From assembly GCA_965214705.1 (NCBI GenBank), contig OZ243972.1, forward strand, positions 1,344,001-1,408,000: 64,000 bases of DNA, given 5' to 3'. This DNA comes from Alphaproteobacteria bacterium (GTDB lineage Bacteria > Pseudomonadota > Alphaproteobacteria > UBA828). The stretch's first letter is position 1. Every line of letters starts with the position of its first letter. Positions 49,533 to 58,415 of the stretch are shown here, one piece after another. Below the pieces are notes generated by a model. That model did no database searches and was not told the origin of the DNA. It saw nothing but the letters and a program-made list of their open reading frames with translations. The position numbers and the translations under genes were made by a program.

Positions 49533-50729
49533 TCAGGAGACGATGGCGCCCTCAGGCACCAGTCCTTGGGTGGCATAGCGCCACAGCGCGATCAGCAGCT
49601 TGCGCGCGACCCCCACGATCGCCCGCTTCCTCGCTCGCCGGTCCCTCCCGCCACCGGCATCCCTGGCGACGTAGGCGTGGAACCACTTCGTGATCGCGCT
49701 TTCCGGTTGCAGCTTCAGCCAGCGCCAAGCCATCTGGATCATGTGCTTCCTGACATGCGAGGGGCCGGCCTTGCTGATGCCAAGATCGTGGTCGACATCT
49801 CCGCTCGCCCACGGCACCGACGTCAACCCGGCCCAGCTGCCCAACTCCCGGCGATTGCGGAAGTCCCGATAGAACACCTCGCCAGCCAGCAGTGTGGCGT
49901 CATTGAGGCCGATGCCATGGATGCGCGTAAGCGCCGCGATCATCGCCGTCCCGTCACGATTGGTCGCGTCCTGGGCTTTCCGGCCAGCCTTCAGCAGGGC
50001 CCTCTTCTCGGCCTCGATCATCTCGATATGCTCCTCAACCAGGCGAAGCATCCCCACCGCCCTCTCAATCTCTGCCCGCGCACGCGGCGGCAACGGCGCC
50101 CCATAGCCCGTCCGCGCGGTCGCGAGGCGTTCGAGGAAGTCCGGCTTGCGCGGCGCCAGATCGAAGATGCCGTGCAACTGCAAGAGCCCTTTGATCCGGT
50201 TGTTGACGCGGGTACGCTCGCTGATCAGCGTGTCCCTCTCGCGCAGCAGGCGCTTGGCATCCTCCTGGTCCACATCGGGCACGCGCACCCAGGACATGGC
50301 CTCCGAATCGCCTTGGTCCCATGCCTTCAGAGCCCGAACCATCCTCCTCGCGTCGATACGGTCGGTCTTTTTCTTCTTGGCGCGCCGGTTCACCCGCAGG
50401 CTCGCCGGATCGTTCATGAAGATATCGATCTCCGCGTCACGGCGCTCGATATCGCGGGCAAGCCAGAACCCCTCGTAGCCCGCCTCGTAGGTCAGCATCA
50501 CCCGAGGACGGGCGCCGAGCTCCCTCGCCACCCGTTCCCGCACCGACCCGACGAGATCCAACAGTCCCGCCGTGTCGGCAGCAGCCAGTGTGTGGATGCT
50601 GATGCTGCCACCCGAGGCATCCGGGCAATGCACGCCAACGATCCACGATTTGAGGCTGATCTCCACCGCGACATAAATCGTGCTACTACTTGCGCCTGTC
50701 AGCGCGGTCGTGTCTGGACCATCCGACAT
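49533..50729 (-). CDS. IS110-family recombinase
   Basis: VAVEIS, YEAGYEGFW, KTDRIDA, WAGLT..PWASG, VGVARKLLIALWR. Confidence 0.93.
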   Translation of the reverse strand: MSDGPDTTALTGASSSTIYVAVEISLKSWIVGVHCPDASGGSISIHTLAAADTAGLLDLVGSVRERVARELGARPRVMLTYEAGYEGFWLARDIERRDAEIDIFMNDPASLRVNRRAKKKKTDRIDARRMVRALKAWDQGDSEAMSWVRVPDVDQEDAKRLLRERDTLISERTRVNNRIKGLLQLHGIFDLAPRKPDFLERLATARTGYGAPLPPRARAEIERAVGMLRLVEEHIEMIEAEKRALLKAGRKAQDATNRDGTAMIAALTRIHGIGLNDATLLAGEVFYRDFRNRRELGSWAGLTSVPWASGDVDHDLGISKAGPSHVRKHMIQMAWRWLKLQPESAITKWFHAYVARDAGGGRDRRARKRAIVGVARKLLIALWRYATQGLVPEGAIVS

Positions 50730-51032
50730 CCGTCCACTCCGTTGTTGACGATTCCGCTCGGAGAGAAGGTGCTGGCCTTCTCTCCGAGCTTGTCTAACCG
50801 CCAGAATCGATTCGGTGCCACCGTGCTCATGGTATCTGAAGAGCGGATGCTCGCGCCCGCAGCCCTCGCAGGCGTACATGTGGCCGCCGAGCACGGCGGT
50901 GCGGCACGCCTCGATGGCGCCCATGACCTTGAGCCGGGCGGCGTCGATGCGCCCTTTGTGGCGCTCACGGAAAGCGGCGCCGGCGCGGCGGAGGATCTCC
51001 GCCACGCCCGCGCGTTCGGCCTCCACGCGCCG

Positions 51033-51911
51033 TCAGTTGCGCAACGCTGCGAAGCCTGAGATCGGGTGGTCGAGGCCCTCGAACATCTTGCCGGTGACGC
51101 GGGCGTAGTGACGGGTCGTGTTCGCGCTTCGATGGCCGAGCATGTCCCGGATCACCTCGATATCGCCGCCGCGCTCGAGGAGATGGGTCGCCGCCGAATG
51201 GCGCAGGCAATGGAAGGTGTAGCTGCGGTCGAGCTCGGCAATGTCGCGCGCCCTCCTGAAGGCGGCCTGCAAGGTCTCCGTTGCGATGGGCCTGTCGAGC
51301 GAGACGCCGTAGAAGAGCCAGCTCGTCGGACGCGGCCAGATGTTCCTGTAGTAGGCGCGCAAGTAGTGGATGACGATGTCCGGCAACGGTGCCATTCTCT
51401 CGGTGCCGCCTTTGCCGGAGGGGATGTGCAGCAGCTTCTTCTCCGACAGGATGTCGCCGACCTTGATGGCCAAGGTCTCGGAGATGCGGAGCCCGCCGCC
51501 ATAGCCGGTGACAATGGCAGCACGGTGGCGGAGGTCGGGCGTCGCAAGGATGAGGTGCTCGACCTCCTGCTCCGACATGTAGCGCGGCAGCTTGCCGGGC
51601 TTCTTGCGGGAGCGCAGGCCGGCGACGTGGTCAGGCCAGCCGAGTGTGTCGATGTAGAGGAAGTTCAGCGCGGCGAAGGAGACGTTGGTCGTGCCCGGAC
51701 TGAGCCCCTTGTCGATCCGCCCCAGGTACCACTGGCGCACCTGCTCGGCGTCGAGCTCGTCCGGCGAGGCGTCGTAGTACCTGGCCAGGTTCTTGATCTC
51801 GCAGATGTAGGCCTTGGACGTGCTCGCGGCCAGATTGGCGATGCGGAGCTGCTCCTCCATGCGCTGGCGAAGAGGGGTGACGGTGTTCGTGTCGCACGCG
51901 GTCCCGGTCAT
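51033..51911 (-). CDS. Tyrosine recombinase of the IS91-like element
   Basis: TPLRQRM, GLRISE, GKGG.ER, HCLRHS.ATHLLE, LGH, HYA. Confidence 0.92.
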   Translation of the reverse strand: MTGTACDTNTVTPLRQRMEEQLRIANLAASTSKAYICEIKNLARYYDASPDELDAEQVRQWYLGRIDKGLSPGTTNVSFAALNFLYIDTLGWPDHVAGLRSRKKPGKLPRYMSEQEVEHLILATPDLRHRAAIVTGYGGGLRISETLAIKVGDILSEKKLLHIPSGKGGTERMAPLPDIVIHYLRAYYRNIWPRPTSWLFYGVSLDRPIATETLQAAFRRARDIAELDRSYTFHCLRHSAATHLLERGGDIEVIRDMLGHRSANTTRHYARVTGKMFEGLDHPISGFAALRN

Positions 51912-52245
51912 TATCGATCTCCCTGGATCGCGACGGCGCGCCGCCGGACCGATCCGGCGACGGTCCGTCGCAGGGGTCGATGCTAACCACTGGTGATCGG
52001 GAGGCTGCTGGGGATCCGCCACCCGACGGGCGGAGCGCCACTGACGCAACCGGGAAGCGAACGCACAGAACAAACGGCACCCGCGACGCCTCGGAAATGA
52101 ATGAACTCTACGCCGCTAACTCCGCGTAGCGGCTTCGTTCAAGGTCGTCGCCATCGCGTTGGCCAACCGCATGGCGCGCATCATCTGGGCACTGAACACT
52201 AAAAAGGAGCTCTACCAAGCTCCCGCCGCCGCCCTACAAGGGTGA

Positions 52246-52488
52246 ATGGCGGGCAGCCGTTGGGGGGATGTGAGCAGGTCGGAGGATCGGTAAGGGCAAA
52301 CGGTCAATGAGACGGGATCGGGAAAACCAGTTTCAATGTCAGAGTTTCGAACTCGGGGCAACGATATGGACTCGATCCTCGCATCTCCATACGGGCCAGC
52401 GGCGGCTGAATGCCGCACCAACAGGCCGGATAGACGACTGTACCTGACCACATGCACCAAGCCGTCCAAAAAAAGTGCTTGCATCACC
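52246..52488 (+). ncRNA. Putative bridge/seek RNA of the outer IS110
   Basis: Four exact guide matches to the target and donor junctions (see findings); RNA ends unknown. Confidence 0.75.
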
Positions 52489-52929
52489 GGGGGCGTCCAT
52501 AGACGGTTTTCGCCTGTCCCGCTCGTCAGGTGAACTCCATGTCGCCGCAATGCGGCCAAGCCTTCACAGCGCTCGTATGAAGCCACCGGGCACGTTCTCC
52601 GATCGCGGCCTCGTCCCAACCGGAAGACCTCTCTGGCCGGCATCACACTCACCGACATCCGCGTCGTGATGCTCGCTCCACGTAGAATCTCCTGCGAAGC
52701 ATACCGAATGCTGCACCGAAACCAGATCGAATTGGCAACAGGGCGGCCAGGACGTTACACATGAAGTAGGTGAAGAAGTACGTTCCTTCCAGTAATAGAG
52801 ATAGATCGACCCGTGATATGCTACGGCTGTGCGGTCCGGCTGATGACGTCGCAGCGTCTCATCTGAGTCAACACCACGCAGTTGGGCAGCTTCTAACCCA
52901 ATTGGAGGCACCGACGGAGGACTTGGACG

Positions 52930-53766
52930 ATGTGTGAGCCGAAGCGTACCGCCGTGATTTATGATTTCGACGGAACGCTCGCCCGTGGCAATCTACAAGA
53001 GACCAGCTTCATTCCGAAAATCGATATGAGCAAAGAGGATTTCTGGACCGAGGTGAAGGCTCGAACCCGCAATCATGATGCCGATGAAGTTCTCGTCTAC
53101 ATGCACCTCATGCTCGACATGGCGCAAGAAAAGGGCGTCAAAGTGACCATCGAAGACCTGCGGCGACATGGCAAGAAAGCTCGGCTCTTTCCCGGTCTCT
53201 CGGACCGGTCATGGTTCGAACGCATCAACCAGCACGCCGCAACACGCGGCCTCGCCCTTGAGCACTACATCGTCTCCTCGGGCATTTACGAGATGATCGA
53301 TGGATGCTCGATCCGCGATGCCTTCCGCCGAGTGTTTGCGTCAAAGTTTATCTATGTTGACGGTGTGGCGGCTTGGCCGGGTGTTGGTATCAACTACACG
53401 ACAAAGACCCAATATTTGTTTCGGATAAACAAGGGCATCGATAACCACTGGGACAACGCCTCCCTCAACAGCTTCATGCCGGAAGACGAGCGCCCGATCC
53501 CGTTCGACCGTATGATCTTCTTGGGAGACGGAGATACCGATATTCCGACCATGAAAACGCTTACCTACATGGGTGGTCACTCGATCGGAGTCTATGATTC
53601 TAATGGGCACAGCCGCGACCTCACCAAAATCCACAGACTGATTTCCGATGGCCGTGTCGACTTCGTGGCACCTGCTGACTATGAGGAGAAGTCGCAGCTC
53701 GACATCATCATTAAGGGCATCCTCGGGCGCATCGCGAGAAAGTACGGATACAGGCCCTCAGCATGA
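52930..53766 (+). CDS. HAD-superfamily hydrolase
   Basis: YDFDGTL, IVSSG, K, LGDGDTDIP; GGAGG RBS. Confidence 0.9.
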   Translation: MCEPKRTAVIYDFDGTLARGNLQETSFIPKIDMSKEDFWTEVKARTRNHDADEVLVYMHLMLDMAQEKGVKVTIEDLRRHGKKARLFPGLSDRSWFERINQHAATRGLALEHYIVSSGIYEMIDGCSIRDAFRRVFASKFIYVDGVAAWPGVGINYTTKTQYLFRINKGIDNHWDNASLNSFMPEDERPIPFDRMIFLGDGDTDIPTMKTLTYMGGHSIGVYDSNGHSRDLTKIHRLISDGRVDFVAPADYEEKSQLDIIIKGILGRIARKYGYRPSA

Positions 53767-53840
53767 CGTTCAGATCGGCAATTACGAGCTAGTGTCGATC
53801 TTCAGGCGTCAATAATCGCCACCATGACTGTTCGACCCTT

Positions 53841-54170
53841 TCGGCACGGCTTCGATCCCGGAGTGCCGGAGGAGCTTGGAGGTCGTGCTGTCGCTGAGCG
53901 CCCGGCCGTGCGCCGACGGGAAGACCAGTCCCGTCTTGCCCGAGGGTTCCCGCGCTCCGTGCAGCCGGCGCGCGTGCGGAGAGCGGCACCCGTTGATCGC
54001 ACTTTGCCTTCATGCGGCTCGCCGGCACAGTCCAGGTTTCGACTCCAGGTCCACCTCGCCCCATCTGGCGTGCCGGACTTTGACCGACAGGTCATCAGCA
54101 CCAGGAACTCGAGCGCCAGGGCTGCGCTCTCGAACGCCCCTGACGCCTTCCTTCACCTTGTCGAGCGACC
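53841..54170 (-). pseudogene. Degenerate fragment of an integrase similar to 61439-62686
   Basis: Shared DNA such as TCAGCACCAGGAACTCGA and TGTCGCTGAGCGCCCGGCC; TWTVPASRMKAK...RVPLSARA; multiple indels. Confidence 0.85.
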
Positions 54171-54769
54171 CGTCGACGTCGCTGCGGTCGGAGGGGGTCC
54201 CCGTGCTCGGCAACAGTGCGGCTGATCTTGCTGTGCCTATACGAAGCACATGTCCGGAGGCCGCGGATGAGCCCCATCGGCATCGCGATGGACCGACTGC
54301 CCCGCAGAGCCGATCTGGGCTCCCCAGGCGGGACGCGTGCCCCTCCTGTCGGAGGAGTTCACTGGACTGCGCCTGAGCGCCTTGGTAGGAACGAGTCGGA
54401 TGACCTGCGTGGCCATGCCTGACCGCGAAGCTGACCATAATCAGTCGTGGACACCGACAACGCTGGTGAGTACCCTTGCCCATGCTTAGTGGACGCCATA
54501 GCTAATGTCCATCTAGCAACACTACAAGCTCCACTCTAGGGCTGAAGAATTCAAGATACATCGGTTGTGCCGGCCATTCAACACCAACCACTCCAATAGG
54601 CAAGCGCTGATGATTCACCCATCCATCGAGAGGAGAGACTCGATAACTCAAACGAACCCGAAGGTGGGCACCTCTTGCGCTTATCCAGCGGCGACATTTA
54701 AAACACTTGCTCTCTTCATCAATTCGAACGAAGATTACTAGGAATACGTGCTACAGGCTGACATACGGA

Positions 54770-55894
54770 ATGAACTCCTATTACGATCTAATTGCTAAAC
54801 CTACCTTGGCACCCGAAGCGTGGCATACTTCCTGCACCCATAGCGAAACGACACTACACCAACTGTCGCCATACATTGGTAAACTCAAGAGTTCGATCGC
54901 TAAAGACCTCATTTGCGCATACTCTAAACCGGGTGATTTAATAGCAGATGTATTTTGTGGCAGTGGCACAGTACCCCTAGAATCGCTCAACTTAGGCCGT
55001 CGGATTTTTGCATCCGATGCCGGGCTCTATGCGATAACGTTGACTAAGGGTAAGCTACATGCGCCACAAGACATAGACGCTGTACACACCGCTTTGGACG
55101 AAGTGCTACTGGACGCACGCTCAGTGCGGATAGATCTCCGTAAAGTTCCCAAATGGGTACGAACCTTTTATCACCCAAGAACTTTGAAGGAAGCATTAAG
55201 CATACTTGAAGAGTTGCGCATCCGTGACGACAACTTCCTATTAGCTTGTTTGTTGGGTATTTCTCACCATCAGCGACCGGGTTTCTTGTCATTTCCTAGC
55301 AGTCACCTTGTTCCATACCTAAGATCCAACAAGTTTCCAGAAAGCGACTTTCCTGAGATGTACACTTATCGTCAGGTAGAGCCGCGTATTCGGGCAAAGG
55401 TAGAGCGTGCTCTTAAACGAGGTGCCAATCTTGATCAAGAGCTAATTGTTGACATCCAGAGAAGTTCCGTTGAAGACCTATCTATACCCTTCCAGATAGA
55501 CTGTTTTCTTACTAGTCCTCCCTATATGAATGCTCTAGACTACGGTCGGGACAATCGCCTTCGCAATTGGCTCCTAGGGTCCGACACTGCTGAGGGCGTC
55601 GACAACCGGCTATCCAGAGAAACCGGCTTTCGAAGTATGATTTCGGCGTTTGCGTTGTTAGTAGAGAAAACCTTAGCTACGCGGGGAACATGCGTGATAG
55701 TAGTCGGTGAAAAAACCGCGCGCAAATCTGATCGCTTCCCGTCAGAGGTAATATCTGATATCATGAGTGATTTGGCACCCTCAATCCAGCTCACAGACAT
55801 AATAAGCGACCACATTCCTGACATACGCCGGTCGCGCCGGCATCTTTCAGGTGTTAAGAGGGAACATATTCTTATCTACAAGAGGATCGCCTAA
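54770..55894 (+). CDS. DNA amino-methyltransferase (SPPY, probably N4-cytosine)
   Basis: HQLSPYIGKL, DVFCGSGT, TSPPY. Confidence 0.88.
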   Translation: MNSYYDLIAKPTLAPEAWHTSCTHSETTLHQLSPYIGKLKSSIAKDLICAYSKPGDLIADVFCGSGTVPLESLNLGRRIFASDAGLYAITLTKGKLHAPQDIDAVHTALDEVLLDARSVRIDLRKVPKWVRTFYHPRTLKEALSILEELRIRDDNFLLACLLGISHHQRPGFLSFPSSHLVPYLRSNKFPESDFPEMYTYRQVEPRIRAKVERALKRGANLDQELIVDIQRSSVEDLSIPFQIDCFLTSPPYMNALDYGRDNRLRNWLLGSDTAEGVDNRLSRETGFRSMISAFALLVEKTLATRGTCVIVVGEKTARKSDRFPSEVISDIMSDLAPSIQLTDIISDHIPDIRRSRRHLSGVKREHILIYKRIA

Positions 55895-55895
55895 T

Positions 55896-58415
55896 ATGCG
55901 TGAACACTTACCCGACGCTGCTCATTTTATGGGAAAGACGTTGCCCAATTTTCCAAATTATACAATTGTTGAGCACGTTGGGACCGGCTTTAATGGCCAT
56001 GTGTATCGAGCGCATGCTAGTGAAATCAGTAGTGACCTGGCATTCAAATTTGTTCCAACTCAGAATGTGCCCTCCGACAAGAGGGGCACCCCAATCAATT
56101 TGAATGAAGCAAGAAAAGCTAACATTCTCGAGAACAGATGTGTGGTACGCTACGTGGACTTTCATATTTGGGCTGATAGCGAACTGGGAGAGAGCTTTGT
56201 CGTTTTCGTTTGCGACTATGTTCCCGGGTCGTCTTTGGACAAGTTTATATCCAAGAGACCTGAAGATGTAACTTTGGGATTCATTGAAACCTTTCTCCGT
56301 ACGATACTTGACCTACTTTACGAAATGCAACAGCGAAACATGGAGCACGGGGATCTACACGCGGGAAACGTATTGGTTGCAGATTCAGCATTTACCCTTG
56401 ATAGCGAAGCTTTGTTTCGGGTAACGGACTTCGGTATAAGGGAGATTACCAGCGGTCCCCACAATAGTGACTTCCTGCACCTCGCAGAAACACTGAAAAA
56501 GCTACTTAAATGCGTAGATTACAGGGCCGAAGTATCCCGAAATAGATACGCTTTTGAAGTACTTCGCCATGAATTTCTTGGTCGGCATCTAATTGAGACC
56601 GACCCGTTGGCAGACCCTCTAGCTCGCAACCCCGAAGGGCTACACAGAAAATTGCGCGCTTTGGATGACAATTTTAGAGAAAAGAACAGAGAGCACGCGT
56701 CGGCAAGTATGGTAACACCATTCGACTATCCTAATTGCGAGCAAATGGGGAACTCACATCTGCTGCTGCGAAATCTATATTCTAACAGACTTTTGGGACT
56801 GAACGAGATTATGGCACGCTCCAACCTAGTTCTAACTGGTCCCCGTGGCTGTGGTAAAACAACCGTATTTAGAGCTTTGAGCCTCGAGTATCTTTTGTTT
56901 GTGGAGTCATCGGATCTTAGTAACCTGGAGTTCATAGGAGTCTATTATCGATGCGATGATCTATATTTCTCCTTTCCACGATACAGATTGCCGGTGCGGG
57001 AGGAAGCAATAGACATACCGATGCACTTCGTGGTTGTCAGCTTAGCGATCGAAACGCTGAGATATTTGTCCTCATGGGCTGAACGTCAACACGTCAAAGA
57101 ATTTCAGGAAAAGGAGGTAGAAGTAACAACAAAGCTTTGGGACGTCTTTGGATTGGCTCAACCGTCCGGCCCAGCTTCACAGAGGTTTGCTTACCTAGTT
57201 TCGAGGTTACTGAAGCAGCGTACACGGGCTGCGAAGAAGCAACGTTTTTGCCACGTACCAACCGAGCCGATAGAAGGATATGTTGGCCCACGAGCGTTGA
57301 TGGAGTTTTGCGCAGTGTTGCGATCGGAGTTTTCGTTCCTGCAGGATCGGCCCTTTTTCTATTTCATTGATGATTATTCTACACCAAAGATCACAGGTGA
57401 TTTGCAACAGTGTTTGAACCGGTTGTTTATGCATCGAAGCTCCGATATGTTTTTCAAGATTTCGACTGAAAGCCCAATTTCGTTTGAGCGGAGGGATATT
57501 GACGGAAAGGAGTATGTAGAGGAGAGGGAGTATAAGCTGTTGAATTTAGGACTTCGGTATTTGAGGAACGAAGGAGGACAGGTGGAGGCGTTTCTTGCTG
57601 ATCTGTTTGAGAAGCGCTTTCGAGAGATCGAGGCGTTTCGTTGTGATACTCTGGTTGAATTGCTGGGAGAGAATAATCGAAACGAAAACGAGACAGCAAG
57701 ACAGGTCCGTGCTGGCAAGGGTAACAACACTTTCTTTGGGATTCAAACAGTGACCGCAATGTGCAGCGGCGATATTCATTCCATGATCCGTTTGGTGGAG
57801 AAGATGGTAGAGGACGCAGGTGGCATGGGGTCCATCAGTACAAGCAGTCAAGTACCGCGTATAGCTGCCAACACTCAATCTAGCACGGTGAGAAGGGCTG
57901 CCGGCGAGTTTATGGAGTCTGTTCGAACGCTGCCGCAGAGGGGAGAAGGCCTTGCAAAAATTGTTAGTGCTATAGGTAATGTGGCTAGCTCCTACATGCG
58001 GTATCGGGATGCACGCAATGAAACGGGAAACCCTCCGCACCAGGCGTCTCGCATAGAACCTTACGAGCCTCTGTGCTTGTCCCAAGACGCCCAAGACTTG
58101 TTGAATGACTTAATACGGTTCTCAATTCTGTTGGTTGATCCACGGGGAAAAAGCCGGAGAGGAAATATTGTTCCGCGATTCTACCTGCGAAGGTACTTGA
58201 TACCACATTTCAATCTAACCTTCAGCAAGAGGGACTCGCTGGAGTTGGAGAACGCAGAAATTGAGCTGCTTCTAGTCGACCCGGCGAAGTTTCAAGAGAC
58301 GAAGCGGCTAAAGGAAGCCGGTACAAAAGAAAAGAGAGGTACCTCCGGGACTAGCGGCCAAAAGGAGCTCTTCGAAAGAGTTTCGGTAGCCAAGCAAGAA
58401 AACAAAGATGGTTAG
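55896..58415 (+). CDS. Ser/Thr kinase-like domain fused to a STAND/ORC-CDC6-like P-loop ATPase
   Basis: GTGFNGHV, AFK, HGDLHAGN, TDFG; GPRGCGKT, FFYFIDD; wHTH-like C-terminus. Confidence 0.85.
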   Translation: MREHLPDAAHFMGKTLPNFPNYTIVEHVGTGFNGHVYRAHASEISSDLAFKFVPTQNVPSDKRGTPINLNEARKANILENRCVVRYVDFHIWADSELGESFVVFVCDYVPGSSLDKFISKRPEDVTLGFIETFLRTILDLLYEMQQRNMEHGDLHAGNVLVADSAFTLDSEALFRVTDFGIREITSGPHNSDFLHLAETLKKLLKCVDYRAEVSRNRYAFEVLRHEFLGRHLIETDPLADPLARNPEGLHRKLRALDDNFREKNREHASASMVTPFDYPNCEQMGNSHLLLRNLYSNRLLGLNEIMARSNLVLTGPRGCGKTTVFRALSLEYLLFVESSDLSNLEFIGVYYRCDDLYFSFPRYRLPVREEAIDIPMHFVVVSLAIETLRYLSSWAERQHVKEFQEKEVEVTTKLWDVFGLAQPSGPASQRFAYLVSRLLKQRTRAAKKQRFCHVPTEPIEGYVGPRALMEFCAVLRSEFSFLQDRPFFYFIDDYSTPKITGDLQQCLNRLFMHRSSDMFFKISTESPISFERRDIDGKEYVEEREYKLLNLGLRYLRNEGGQVEAFLADLFEKRFREIEAFRCDTLVELLGENNRNENETARQVRAGKGNNTFFGIQTVTAMCSGDIHSMIRLVEKMVEDAGGMGSISTSSQVPRIAANTQSSTVRRAAGEFMESVRTLPQRGEGLAKIVSAIGNVASSYMRYRDARNETGNPPHQASRIEPYEPLCLSQDAQDLLNDLIRFSILLVDPRGKSRRGNIVPRFYLRRYLIPHFNLTFSKRDSLELENAEIELLLVDPAKFQETKRLKEAGTKEKRGTSGTSGQKELFERVSVAKQENKDG

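Larger units (their letters stand above)
49188..50837 (-). mobile_element. IS110-family element (inner, apparently intact)
   Basis: Precise interruption of the IS91 gene; short subterminal IR ATGAGC/GCTCAT; 345-bp downstream non-coding region; ends uncertain by 1 nt. Confidence 0.85.
48135..51026 (-). pseudogene. IS91-family transposase split by the inner IS110
   Basis: ACRT..LGGH..C..CG..HPLF | NSCRNRHCPTCQ, HVVFTLP, HPHLH, YLSHY, RGPP; restored in frame by removing 49188-50837. Confidence 0.92.
47830..52139 (-). mobile_element. IS91-like element carrying a tyrosine recombinase and HUH transposase
   Basis: CAAGGT at both junctions; 14-bp inverted TTGAACGAAGCCGC (47873-86 / 52129-42); integrase-transposase gene pair. 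Confidence 0.85.
46898..52245 (+). pseudogene. IS110 transposase split at ~47829/52141
   Basis: GIDLAK, MEAC, KNDMADA, WLGLVP; C-terminus KVVAIALANRMARIIWAL resumes at 52141. Confidence 0.92.
46817..52505 (+). mobile_element. IS110-family (IS1111-type) element, interrupted
   Basis: Subterminal IR TGGACGCCCCC (46823-33 / 52489-99); ACG core at both junctions (46814-16, 52503-05); downstream non-coding region. Confidence 0.88.

Noticed and set aside
52506-52911. Gene disrupted by the outer IS110 (joined with 46597-46816)
   Set aside because: No recognisable protein in the frames examined.
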